Shown: positions 21,264 through 32,296, counted from the stretch's first letter. The stretch is 64,000 nt of DNA from Bacteroidales bacterium (GCA_025210735.1 JAOARD010000032.1:5345-69344); one strand, 5' to 3'. Notes: generated by a model not told the origin, from the letters alone. Numbers and translations: made by a program.

Positions 21264-21677
21264 TTAATCTTTTTCATTTTCAATATAGTATTGACCTAAT
21301 AATCCGATTACAAAAAACGAAATGCAACTGAGAAAGAATAAAACTATTTGCCAAATGTATAGAACATACGTTTTTGCTTCATTTAATATTGCTAATGTTA
21401 AAACTAATATTGAAGGAACTAAGCCAAATATTATTAAAATACTAATCAGTAAGGCTACTATTTGCCATTTTAACTTGCCTTTTAATGATACTCCTGATGA
21501 AAATTTTACAATTGATTGACCAAATAAAACAATAGATGCAAAAGACCATTCTGTATTAAAAAACAAATATCTATATTCTTCTCTGTAACATCTGATTATT
21601 GATATAATAATAATCGGAAATATAGTAAATAGAAATTCTGTAGTAATTGAATAATATAGATTCTTATTGATTTTCAT
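21264..21677 (-). CDS. Hypothetical 4-TM membrane protein
   Basis: Four hydrophobic segments, EWSFASIVLFGQ; 14-nt overlap with the upstream gene. Confidence 0.75.
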   Translation of the reverse strand: MKINKNLYYSITTEFLFTIFPIIIISIIRCYREEYRYLFFNTEWSFASIVLFGQSIVKFSSGVSLKGKLKWQIVALLISILIIFGLVPSILVLTLAILNEAKTYVLYIWQIVLFFLSCISFFVIGLLGQYYIENEKD

Positions 21678-22551
21678 ATAATTCTAACTTAAGCATTTCT
21701 ACTTTCTGTTTTTTTATAATTTCAATGACCTCAACTATTTCATGTGTTTGAGATATCAAAGAGCCATGTTTATTATATTTGCAGCATATCTTGTCTTTGA
21801 CCTTTAAAGAATCACCTGGTGTTACGATTTGAATACCTTGTTGAAAATCTTCCAGCCATTTTTTGTCAGTAATCTTTGCATTTATATTTCTAGTACCATG
21901 TTTAAAACTCCATTGTGTTTCTCCAAGAAAATCTGGTTTGTTTACTTTGTAGATAACAACGCTTTCTGAACTCAAAGTTTCTTCTGTTACATGATCTTCT
22001 ATTTCGGAAATGTCAATTAGTTCTGAATTATTATGTAAAACTATTTCTTCATTATTTGTTTTATAGTTTAAAGTTTCGTCTTTTTCAAGTTCTTTAGTTG
22101 AAGATGATATATTATTAATGCATTTGGATACCTCAACAATATCAGGTGAATTATAATTAAGAGTCTCTTTCAAATTATGTTTGTCTGCAATTTTTTCTAT
22201 ATCTTCTTGTAGTTTCTTTACATCTGATAATTGATTCTTCCTATTTGAAATAAAATCAAGAGTTTTCTCTCTTGATTCTGAGATGTATTTTTTTACATCT
22301 TCTTCTTCAGGGATGTTATTTCTTTCTTCTATTTGGAGAATACTATGTAATCTACTTATCAAAGACCCCTTATCTATTTCTTTTAAGGAAATTTTAACTA
22401 TATAATTAGAACATATTGATTTAGCTAACAAACTATCATAGTTACCAACAGCATCAATTACTTCTGCAAATGAACGGAATAATCTACTTGGGTTTTTGGT
22501 GTTTTCTCTGAAATTTAGTTTAATTTCTAAATCAGTATATATTTCTTTCAT
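21664..22551 (-). CDS. Hypothetical soluble protein with beta-rich C-terminal domain
   Basis: 295-aa ORF; KPDFLGETQW...AKITDKKWLEDFQ...PGDSLKV. Confidence 0.8.
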   Translation of the reverse strand: MKEIYTDLEIKLNFRENTKNPSRLFRSFAEVIDAVGNYDSLLAKSICSNYIVKISLKEIDKGSLISRLHSILQIEERNNIPEEEDVKKYISESREKTLDFISNRKNQLSDVKKLQEDIEKIADKHNLKETLNYNSPDIVEVSKCINNISSSTKELEKDETLNYKTNNEEIVLHNNSELIDISEIEDHVTEETLSSESVVIYKVNKPDFLGETQWSFKHGTRNINAKITDKKWLEDFQQGIQIVTPGDSLKVKDKICCKYNKHGSLISQTHEIVEVIEIIKKQKVEMLKLELYENQ

Positions 22552-22861
22552 GATTTATTAATAGGGTTTTACTTAAGTCTGTTTACAGAATCGGATTATA
22601 ACACTTATCGCTTACATCTTTTGTTATTATATTAATTATTAAAGGCATTGTTGTTTAGTTAGAACGCAAATATATAAAAACGGTAGTATAATACATAATA
22701 CTGTCTAGTCTTATTTGTTATTATGATTGTTCGACTTGTTAAACGAGTTGATTAGTAGGTGTTTATGGTAGTGATTTTGTGTATGATTAACGCTCTTTTT
22801 ATTATGAAGGAAGATGGATGGAAATTCATTATAATTTAAAAAATTAGTTAGAGTAGCTTTT

Positions 22862-24118
22862 GTACCAATGGACTTTATTCATTGGTAATTATAGCCATCC
22901 CTTCAGGATTTTGGATAATTGACAATTAACTCGTTGGAACAAGTTCTTGAACTTGTTCAGAAAGATTGTATAACCATACCGCAGATTGATAGTACCGAAG
23001 GTACGTTAAATCAATATCGTTGAATGCAATTCATCGCTATTGTATATTAATAAAGTCTAACCCTGAAAGGGTTATGTGTTAAGCTGATGATTGTATTGTT
23101 ATTTACATTAATTCATTATCCGGGTTTTTGAACGTCTTCATGCAATAAGCAAAGAAACCACGGGCTGAAAGCCCAGATTATCATAACCCTATGCAACGCG
23201 TAGGGCAGTTTGATGTAACGAAAATCGTGCTGAAAGTACAGTTTAAAATTACCAGCTTTGTATACGAGTCTGGGCGTTTCGGTACCTCTATATCACCACG
23301 AAAGAAATTTTATAATGAAGAGAGAAAATGTGGTTATATATAGTTATTGTGTATCAAATCTAATCCCTCGTCCATTCAGGACTTCGTGGTAGTTGCTTCT
23401 TTACCGATGGGCTGCACCCATCGGTAATTATTAAATATCCTTCAGGATTTTGGATAATTGACGATTAACTCGTTGGAACAAGTTCTTGAACTTGTTCAGA
23501 AAGATTGTATAACCATACCGCAGATTGATAGTACCGAAGGTACGTTATATCAATATCGTTGAATACAATTCATCGCTATTGTATATTAATAAAGTCTAAC
23601 CCAGAAAGGATTATGTGTTAAGCTGATGATTGAACTATTATTTGGATTAATTTGTTATCCGGGTTTTTGAACGTTTTCAGGTAGTAAGCAAAGAAACCAC
23701 GGGCTGAAAGTCCAGATTACCATATCCCTGTGCAACGCGCAGGGCAGTTTGATGTAACGAAAATCGTGCTGAAAGTACAGTTTAAAATTACCAGCTTTGT
23801 ATACGAGTCTGGGTGTTTCGGTATCTCTATATCATCACGAAAGGAATTTTATAATGAAGAGAGAAAATGTGGTTATATATAGTTATTGTATATCAAATCT
23901 AATCCATTGTCCATTCAGGACTTCGTGGTAGTCGCTTCTTTACCGATGGGTTGCACCCATCGGTAATTATTAAATATCCTTCAGGATTTTGGATAATTGG
24001 CAATTAACTCGTTGGAACAAGTTCTAGAACTTGTTCCAACAGACTGTATAACCACACCACAGATTAATAGTACCGAAGGTACGTTAAATCAATATCATTG
24101 AATACAATTCATTGCTAT
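22862..24118. repeat. 539-bp non-coding tandem repeat (~2.3 copies) built of hairpins
   Basis: Equivalent TACC at 22863, 23402 and 23941; hairpins GTACCGAAGGTAC, AACCCTGAAAGGGTT, GGGCTGAAAGCCC, TACCGATGGG..CCCATCGGTA, GAACAAGTTCTAGAACTTGTTC. Confidence 0.95.
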
Positions 24119-24388
24119 TACTAAACAATAATCTTAATGTTACCGCTTATTCTGTATTAGCAGCACTTCATGCAGAAATATGCGCTATCCACAAAAAGTA
24201 ACAGTTGAAAAAGGATTTATTCATGATATTTAGCTAATCATAAATTGGCAGATAATATCTTAATTTAAGATAACAGAAAGCATATTATACAAATGTGTAT
24301 GATATTAACTATACAAATGCCGAGGTAAGTTAGAATAATTGGGTGTGAGTCTGGTTTACAACAATTTAGTTAATGATAGAAGTTTAAA

Positions 24389-25834
24389 ATGATAGATTTA
24401 AGAAAATTTGCTCGTGAAGCAAGGTCAAAAGTTAGAAGCCTGAGGAATATTGCTATCTATGAATCGTATATTAATTGTGGTATAACAAGTACTGAGGAAT
24501 TTATAGAGAAAAAGATTGAAGAGAGTAATATTAAGATTCCGGAAATTTTAAAAACAGTGTTTCTACAATATGGAAATCATAATTTTAAGTGGAAAGTTTT
24601 AGACGGGAAGAGGGTTAATAGGATTATTATAGCTTATAATAGTATATATTCAACAGAATATTTCAATTATGGCGGATTTCAGAATCGTAAATCAGTTAAG
24701 AACAATGATGACTATTTTCCTGTTTTTTATACTAATGCAGAAGGTGTAGAATTCTGGAAGCAGTTTTACATACTTGACGATCTCTATTTTGGGAAGCTAA
24801 TTCTTATTAAACCGGATGAATATGGCGATGATCATGAATTATTTCTCTTTGATCATCCAAATTCTATAAATAAACTAACAATTAACCTTGAGCAATATTT
24901 TGAATTATCAGCTAAAACTGCTGGTTTGTATTGTTGGCAGGAGTATGTAACAGAAGAATCGTATGAATTAAATGGTGAGATACCAGACAATTTTCATGAT
25001 AATATGAACGTGCTGTTCCCTGATGAAGATCTGAGTATGTTCCGAGCTTCCCCCAAATTAAAGGATAGTGTATATAACAGATATGTTGCCAGAGAAGATA
25101 AAACAGATTATCGCCGTTTGTTTATTAATAAAATTGAAGAGTTAAGGAGAAATCCGAATATTGAATTTATATTTTATGAAGATTCTATAGGGTTTAAAAG
25201 AGATAAAACACCATACACAGCCCATTATGGTGTATCAGAGGCTGTTCTTAGAAAGGTGAAATCAGATTATGGCAGAGAGATATCAGAACAGATGCTATCC
25301 TTCTATTATCAGATGAATGGTTGTCAGGTTTCATGGAGATATAATAGTTCAGGTGAGGAAGATTTTTTGCTTGAAGGTAGTATTAACCTGCTGGAGTTAG
25401 AAGAGGTTTTGGGAGGTAAATGGAAGGAGTCTTATCTGGAATGGAACTCACCTGATCTGTTTAAAGATGAAGGTTCTGTCTACTATTTTACAGACGATGA
25501 AGCTCAGGAAAATGCAGAAATAGCTGAGTTGATGACTCATGCCAGAATCTTTGAAGAACAAGGTGATATGCAGGACTACTTTATTGACTTTGTTGCGGGT
25601 AAGGAAGAACCTGATATTTATAAAGTAAGCGGCACAAGTTATTATAAAATGAATATTGATTTTATAACATTTATAGAATTACGCATAGAGTTTGCAGGAA
25701 TAAAAGGATGGGAATATCATTTTATTAGTAATGAAGATTTTTCGGTAGACTTTATTAATAATTCAATAGCAGAGTTTAAAAAGAAAGTACTAAAAGTACT
25801 GCCAGATTCAAGTTTTGAAAAGTTTGGTTTATGA
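24389..25834 (+). CDS. Protein with two SMI1/KNR4 (SUKH)-like domains
   Basis: IEESNIKIPEILKTVFLQYG...F.W and YGREISEQMLSFYYQMNGCQVSW; both halves end in similar L.I....YFE....G...W segments. Confidence 0.6.
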   Translation: MIDLRKFAREARSKVRSLRNIAIYESYINCGITSTEEFIEKKIEESNIKIPEILKTVFLQYGNHNFKWKVLDGKRVNRIIIAYNSIYSTEYFNYGGFQNRKSVKNNDDYFPVFYTNAEGVEFWKQFYILDDLYFGKLILIKPDEYGDDHELFLFDHPNSINKLTINLEQYFELSAKTAGLYCWQEYVTEESYELNGEIPDNFHDNMNVLFPDEDLSMFRASPKLKDSVYNRYVAREDKTDYRRLFINKIEELRRNPNIEFIFYEDSIGFKRDKTPYTAHYGVSEAVLRKVKSDYGREISEQMLSFYYQMNGCQVSWRYNSSGEEDFLLEGSINLLELEEVLGGKWKESYLEWNSPDLFKDEGSVYYFTDDEAQENAEIAELMTHARIFEEQGDMQDYFIDFVAGKEEPDIYKVSGTSYYKMNIDFITFIELRIEFAGIKGWEYHFISNEDFSVDFINNSIAEFKKKVLKVLPDSSFEKFGL

Positions 25835-25860
25835 ATTTTAAAATGAGATAATAGATATTT

Positions 25861-26478
25861 ATGTTTTATAGTTTAGAGTTTGCTGATACAAAAATAACAG
25901 GTGTATATCCTCAGTTAGAGCTTAAGCCTGATGTATATATGAAAAATAATAATCCGGATTTTAAAAAACTGAATAGTAGCAAACTGGTTATTGATGATTT
26001 GAACTTGAATGATTTTGTTATTTCTGATAAGGCGAATAGTACAGATATACTAAGTTGTCAACTGCCTGATAGCTCTATTGGTCTGTTTATTAACAAGAAT
26101 GCGTATGACGTATTTAAGACATATGTAAATAAACATATTAGTATAATTGAGTTGTTGATTAATGAGGAGAAGTATTTCTTTATGAATATAGTTGACTGTG
26201 TAGACTCTATTGATTTTTTGAACTCAAATTTTAGCGATATTCTAAACCCTGCATGTGGCAAATTTAAGGTAAAATCCTATACCGAATATCTGGAACATAA
26301 TCGTTCACGAAAGATCTTTTTAGAACCTGATTCACTAAAGATAGAGGATAATCTTGAAATTATGCGATTGCCATTTGATACTAGTATTATTGTTTCTGAG
26401 AGAGTGAAAAATGAGATTGAAAAGAGTAAGATTACTGGCTTAGAAATTAATGGTTATGATACTATTATACTTATATAA
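25861..26478 (+). CDS. Imm11/DUF1629-like immunity protein
   Basis: YFFMNIVDCVDSIDF...IIVSERVKNEIEKSKITG pattern. Confidence 0.6.
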   Translation: MFYSLEFADTKITGVYPQLELKPDVYMKNNNPDFKKLNSSKLVIDDLNLNDFVISDKANSTDILSCQLPDSSIGLFINKNAYDVFKTYVNKHISIIELLINEEKYFFMNIVDCVDSIDFLNSNFSDILNPACGKFKVKSYTEYLEHNRSRKIFLEPDSLKIEDNLEIMRLPFDTSIIVSERVKNEIEKSKITGLEINGYDTIILI

Positions 26479-26575
26479 GCGGATGAAACGTCCATGATGA
26501 TTAAATTTTAGATACATACGAGGGTGGTAATAATACGGAGTTACTTCTGACAAATAAAAAAACAATTATAAACAT
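26479..26575 (+). repeat. ~90-nt hairpin element, copy D (fills the whole intergenic gap)
   Basis: GATGAAACGTCCATGATGATTAAATTTTAGA...CTGACAAATAAAAAAACAATTATAAACAT-ATG; closest to copy C. Confidence 0.8.
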
Positions 26576-27124
26576 ATGAAGTTCTGGAAATTAGTTAAAA
26601 CATCATTGAAAGGAGATGTTATCATAGAAAATTTTAAATGTACTAGCGAATGGGAGGAGAAGGAATTTTCTGGAGATAGCTTATTGAGTGCAGATTCTCC
26701 TATTATTCAGATAAGAAATAAGAGTGGTAAACTAAGAGATTTTTTAATAGGGGGAACTTCTATTCCGGTTGTTTCACAGAAAGTTAAAGAGCTATTACAA
26801 AAACTAGATGATGTAAGTTATCTGGAATTCATACAATTAAAAACAGATGATATTAACATTTCTGAACCTTATTGGGCTATCAATATTAAGTCTATAATTA
26901 AGTGTTTAGATTATGATAAATCTGAGTATACAGTTCACGAAAAGTCAGGTAAAATTCGGAGAATAGAAAAGATGGTACTAAGAGATGAGGTAATTGGAGA
27001 TAGAAATATTTTCTATATAGAAGAGGACCCTGTTAATGTTTATATATCAGATAAATTAAGGATAATTTTTGCCGAAAAAGAGATTACCGGATATTCCACA
27101 GAAGAACTATATGGTATAGTATGA
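26576..27124 (+). CDS. Imm11/DUF1629-like immunity protein
   Basis: PVVSQKVKELL..EFIQL..YWAINI..CLDYDKSEY..VYISDKLR..ITG. Confidence 0.7.
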   Translation: MKFWKLVKTSLKGDVIIENFKCTSEWEEKEFSGDSLLSADSPIIQIRNKSGKLRDFLIGGTSIPVVSQKVKELLQKLDDVSYLEFIQLKTDDINISEPYWAINIKSIIKCLDYDKSEYTVHEKSGKIRRIEKMVLRDEVIGDRNIFYIEEDPVNVYISDKLRIIFAEKEITGYSTEELYGIV

Positions 27125-27220
27125 AACGAAGCATGAGAATAATCATTCACACACACGAAGATGATTATAAATATGAGTTCCATATGACAAATGAAAAAAC
27201 AATTATAAACAGGTGAAACA
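27118..27220 (+). repeat. ~90-nt hairpin element, copy E
   Basis: TATGAAACGAAGCATGAGAATAATCATTCACACACACGAAGATGATTAT...GAGTTCCATATG...CAATTATAAACAG; the upstream gene's TGA lies inside ATGAAAC. Confidence 0.9.
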
Positions 27221-28936
27221 ATGATAAAAGATGAAGATAACCAGGGTGTATTAGGTTTATTAACAGATATGTATAGTAATGATTATGCTGTTGATTTTAT
27301 ATTAAGTGAAAGAGTTAATGAGGATATAATATCATTTGAAGGCTTATCGGATACTGAAAGCAGATGTATTGTTGATTTCTTAGGCGAACTGGTTAAGACG
27401 TATTTAGATATGGATGCGTATATTGATACATCCTATAGCTTTACTGAAGAGTTTGAGTTAATTGATCATTTTAATGAGAGTAGTCAAAGGGTTAAAACTG
27501 GTTTGGAACAGGAGATATCAAATAATGATTCTGAACAATATATTAAGGCACTTACCAAACTAACCTCTATGTGCTTAAGTACAGTTGTTTTTAAAAACAC
27601 AACTTTTAAGAGTGCAAATAAATCACCGGTTTTAAGAGAGTTCTTATTTTTCATAAATATGTTTTCATCAGATTTTATGTTTTAATATGAGATATCTGAT
27701 TCTGACGTACCAAAGTTTGGAGAGGTGTTTTTATTACTTCGCGAGATTCCTGATACAACGTGGAGAGGAGTGAAACCATGTTTACCTGATAGTAAATTAA
27801 GTTTTTCTAGATCAGGTTTTTATACTGAAGAGGATGAATCATCAATAAGTATGTATTACGAAGAGATGAAGTCATTTGAAGCTTCCAGATACTACCATAA
27901 AGGATTTGAACTCTTCTATAATAATGATTATGAAAAAGCTATACCGCTACTTAAGATATCTATAGATATAGAAGAGTGCGTTAGATCTGTAAGAGATATT
28001 GCAGAATGTTACGCTAGATTAGCAGATGTGAAAAATGCAGAGTTTTACCTTGATAAACTGAATAAATTGGGTGAAAGTACTGAGGATGGATACAGGATTT
28101 TAGGCAGAAAATTTTACGATAGAGGGGAGTATGAGAAGGCTATAACATTTTTTGATAAGCAGTTAGGGTCTAAACCAACTGAGTGGAGTTATAATATTAG
28201 TGATGGACTTCATTTACGGGGAGTATGCAAGTATCATATGGGAGATAAAAGAGCGGCGCTTGAAGATTTAGAGCTTTTAACTTTACTAAGCGCATATGAA
28301 GATGAAGCACTAAGTACAAAAGCGGTTATACATCTGGAGTTAGGTGAACATGATAAAGCCATTGAGAATATGGTTAAATCAGTAGAGATAGATGTGAGTG
28401 CTGGCAAATATATTAAGCATGGTCACATTTATAGAGATATAGGAAAGTATGAGGAGGCTATTAGTAATTATGAAAAAGCCATAGAGTTAGAAGATGATGA
28501 TTATAAAAAGTCTATGACTTATATTTCTATTGCCTCAGTTTATAAATTGATGAATGATATAGATAAGGTTGCTTACAACTTGAATATGGCTTTAGAAGCA
28601 GAGCCAACTAATACATGTGTTTACCTGGATACACTTGAGTTATATATTACAGAAAATAGAATAGAAGATGCCATTACATATATTCAGACTCACGAATCCT
28701 GTATTCTGGCAGAGGAAGATAACAGGTTACTGTATTTGTTTTTATATCTAAAGATACTTGTGTATAGTGTGCTTGAAGAGAGTATAGATGCAATCATAGA
28801 TAATATGAAAATACTATCAGAAAAAGATTTTGAACTGAAGTGGAATTATGGTCATACAGATAGTTGGATTCAATCAACAAGTTTACCCGATAATCAAAAA
28901 GATATACTGATTAAATTAACAAGGTTGAAATCGTAG
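27221..28936 (+). pseudogene. TPR-repeat protein interrupted by one in-frame TAA (27683-27685)
   Basis: ORFs 27221-27685 and 27725-28936 share a frame, with 13 sense codons between the stop and the GTG; the C-terminal part has TPR repeats (YEEAISNYEKAIEL). Confidence 0.6.
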
Positions 28937-29049
28937 ATAAAAATATTGTAAAGAATGTGATGTAGTATGAAGGCGATATGATTATTGTTTTCACTACTTC
29001 GGTCTATTTGTACCTTAATACTTACCAATAAGCTTTCTTTAAACAAGTT

Positions 29050-29412
29050 AAAGCATGACACTCTTAAAGTTATGCCGGAGTATTTAAATATGGTACAGTG
29101 GTAGTTTTTATGGTGCTGGAGTGTTTCTATACGCGCTTGAGCTCAAAAAACTAACGCCAGAGTATTTTTTTGTTGTGCATGGAGTTATTTTTGCTGTGCA
29201 GGTACTGTTTTATGCCATGCATGAACTATAAAACTCTGTGCCGGAGCATTTTTTATACGTGCTGACGTACTTATTATATGTGCATGGCATACAAAACCCA
29301 ATGCAGGAGCATCTAAAGATTATGCATGGTGTGTTTTTTGTTATGCCGGAGCTCAAAATCCGGTGCAGGAGTTTTTAAAACCCACGCTTGAGTAGTTTTC
29401 GCTGTGCCTGAG
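29050..29412. repeat. Degenerate 20-21-bp periodic array (~18 units)
   Basis: Core RYGCHKGAG recurs at 29053, 29074, 29095 (degenerate), 29115, 29135, 29156 ... 29345, 29365, 29386, 29406, separated by A/T tracts. Confidence 0.8.
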
Positions 29413-29540
29413 TCCTTTGTGTATAAAATTATATCTGTAATAGTGTTAGCTGTTTAAATTATCATTAGATATTATTCCAGAGCCTTTTAAGCCATTAATA
29501 GTAATTTATGCTTCGTTTCATCTCAATATGCAGAGTACAA

Positions 29541-29948
29541 TTAATTTACATTCTGCCATCGTATAGGATTGTAATAGTATTGTATAGATTTTCTATCATT
29601 TACATGACTTTCCACCATCAATAGTTTGGATACAAGGTAGTATCTGGCAACAATATTTTTTCCTTTTATCGTATATTTATTACCATTATTAAGTTCAACA
29701 ACCAGACTCTCTCCATTTATAAGTTTTGTTTCGTAGTTGAATGTTACATCGTTGCTATTGGTACTTATGTTTATTGGAATTGTCTTTTCAGGATAGTCTC
29801 CGGATAACCTGACAATTCTCTCCTTTGGAGAATATATAGGAGCGTTGTTTTCTGTTTTATTATCAGATAATACTGAAGATGCTATTATAATACTTACAGA
29901 TAGTATAATGACTCCAATATTTGACTTGAGTTGATCTTTTAATGTCAT
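29541..29948 (-). CDS. Hypothetical membrane-anchored protein
   Basis: 135-aa ORF with N-terminal hydrophobic helix. Confidence 0.65.
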   Translation of the reverse strand: MTLKDQLKSNIGVIILSVSIIIASSVLSDNKTENNAPIYSPKERIVRLSGDYPEKTIPINISTNSNDVTFNYETKLINGESLVVELNNGNKYTIKGKNIVARYYLVSKLLMVESHVNDRKSIQYYYNPIRWQNVN

Positions 29949-30150
29949 ATGTTTATATTCCTAAAATTGTTTTTCGGTATATTCTTATGGATAAATGTAT
30001 CAAATAAACATATATAATTATATAGCAATTTAGTGAGTGGTAGGCATATTGATATGAACGGCTGTATTGATTTTGTAGATGGTGTGAAACAAAAACAGGC
30101 CGAACATTTGCGTCCGACCCGTAACTGATAGCTTAATAGATTTATTTATT

Positions 30151-32043
30151 TTACTTAACGTTCTTAAGGTGTTTGTCCAGAAATTGTAATACCTGTCCGT
30201 ATGCCTTAATCTCATTCTCTTTTTTGCGGAAACCGTGTCCTTCATCAGGGAATATAACGTACTCTACCGGAACACCATTCTTTTTAACTGCTTCAACAAT
30301 CTCATCAGATTCTACCTGTAGTACTCTAGGGTCGTTTGCTCCTTGCAATACCATAAGCGGTTTTGTTACATTCTGTGCATGGAATAGCGGCGATATCTTT
30401 CTCAGGCGAACAGAGTCTGCCGAGAATGGATCACCGATCTCCTGATACAGAGCTTTTCTGAATGACTCCCAATATGGAGGAATAGATTTAAGTGTGCGTA
30501 ACCAGTTTGTTACACCAAATACATTAACACCAACTTTAAACTCCTCAGGTGTATATGTAAGTGCTGCCATTGTCATGTATCCACCGTACGATCCTCCCAT
30601 AATACCAATTTTATCGGTATCAATATAATCAAGAGTAGCAAGGTAATCCTTAGCTTTTACACAATCCATAAGATCATCTTCGCCGTGGCGTCTATCGTCA
30701 AGACTGTAGAATTTTTTACCATATCCTGAGCTACCTCTGTTATTTACTGCAATAACTGCATAACCATGATTTACCAGATATTGAATTAATGGGGAGTATG
30801 ACAGGCGTGATTGACCACCAGGACCACCATGTATCCAAAGCATTGCAGGCACCTTATTATCTTTTGATGCATTAATTGGTTTGTAAAGTAGTGCCGGAAT
30901 TTTAATACCGTCAAAAGATCTGTATCTTACATTAATACCCTCTACAAGATCGTTAGGTTTTATCTCAGGGTTAAGAGTGTTTGTAAGTTGCTTTAGTTTA
31001 CCAGTGCTGAAGTTATACAGGTATAAATTACTTGGCGATGCGGAACTACCAACTGTAAGAATCATCTGATTCTCGCTTCTTGATATCGATACAGATTTAA
31101 TGCTCTTATTACCAAAATCAGGTAGTTTAATATCATCTCCACTTGCAATATCAACTACTCTAAGAACAGTTTTTGCATCCTGATTTATACCAATAACTCT
31201 GTATTTCTCGTTGTAAGAGTTATACATGTAACTGATATCCCAATTAGTTTCAAGAACCTTAACCTTTGTTTTTGTGTTAAGGTTATACTTCATTACATAT
31301 GTAAAATCGCTGTCTTTATTTGTTGTATAGAAGAAATCGGTATTATTAAGTGCAAAAAACAGGGGATCGAATGAAACGTTTTCGATTTCTTCTTCAAATA
31401 GTTCTGTCTCTTTTGTCTGTAAGTTATGCAGATACATTACAGATGTTGTTGTTGTAATAGGCTTAGTAAGAGCAATATATTTTTTATCTTTTGATATTGA
31501 ACCAATACCGTAACCATCGTTGTTCTCGTATATCAGTGTTGGTTCCATTGTTTCAATATTCATCTCATACAGATCAAAAAATCTTGCATCTCTTTTGTTT
31601 GATGTGTAAAAGAATGATTTCTTGTCTCTGGCCCATCCGTAGAATGATGATTTAGCTTTCTCGCCCGGTGTAAGATCTACAGATGTACCATCTTCATTCT
31701 GAAGGTATATGTGCGATATCTCATTTCCTCCTTTGTCGGCACTGTATAAAAAACGGTTATCGTTCGGAAAGAACGATTCAGCATAGTACGACTCTTTTAC
31801 AGAATTTGTTAACTGTGTGGTTTTATTGTTGGCAATATTAACCTGAAAAACGTTGTATATTCCGGTCTCGTTACTTCCAACAAGTACCTTGCTCTCATCA
31901 AATGAGAACCCTGCTTTATATACTGATTGGTTTTTGTAGAATTGATCGATGGTATATTTATTTACCTCAACCGGTGCTTTTTTTTGTGTGCAAGCCATTA
32001 GCAGAACGCTAAGGCACAGTGCAAGGGATAGTGTTTTTTTCAT
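30151..32043 (-). CDS. S9 family (acylaminoacyl-type) peptidase lipoprotein
   Basis: Lipobox LMAC; HGGPG, GGSYGG, NDPRV, DEGHG. Confidence 0.95.
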   Translation of the reverse strand: MKKTLSLALCLSVLLMACTQKKAPVEVNKYTIDQFYKNQSVYKAGFSFDESKVLVGSNETGIYNVFQVNIANNKTTQLTNSVKESYYAESFFPNDNRFLYSADKGGNEISHIYLQNEDGTSVDLTPGEKAKSSFYGWARDKKSFFYTSNKRDARFFDLYEMNIETMEPTLIYENNDGYGIGSISKDKKYIALTKPITTTTSVMYLHNLQTKETELFEEEIENVSFDPLFFALNNTDFFYTTNKDSDFTYVMKYNLNTKTKVKVLETNWDISYMYNSYNEKYRVIGINQDAKTVLRVVDIASGDDIKLPDFGNKSIKSVSISRSENQMILTVGSSASPSNLYLYNFSTGKLKQLTNTLNPEIKPNDLVEGINVRYRSFDGIKIPALLYKPINASKDNKVPAMLWIHGGPGGQSRLSYSPLIQYLVNHGYAVIAVNNRGSSGYGKKFYSLDDRRHGEDDLMDCVKAKDYLATLDYIDTDKIGIMGGSYGGYMTMAALTYTPEEFKVGVNVFGVTNWLRTLKSIPPYWESFRKALYQEIGDPFSADSVRLRKISPLFHAQNVTKPLMVLQGANDPRVLQVESDEIVEAVKKNGVPVEYVIFPDEGHGFRKKENEIKAYGQVLQFLDKHLKNVK

Positions 32044-32296
32044 AAAAAAGTATTTGTTTTATAGTTATATGAAACGTGTATAAGTAATTTCTTATTCATG
32101 CTCTGTTGCATAATGATTTTACCATTTGACGGGTATATTAAAGTATGGTTTAACCAGTAGTTGTATTTTATTGCGAATGTCTTGCAATATTAGGGGATGA
32201 GTATATCTAATATACGTGTTTATAGCTTTAAAAAAGTAATTCATGCTATTGTATGTAGTGTGTAATTTTATATTTTTGTATTCTATCAGTTTTTTA

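Noticed and set aside
22862-24118. Retron, DGR or group II intron RNA
   Set aside because: No reverse transcriptase in the window and no adenine-specific variation between the copies.
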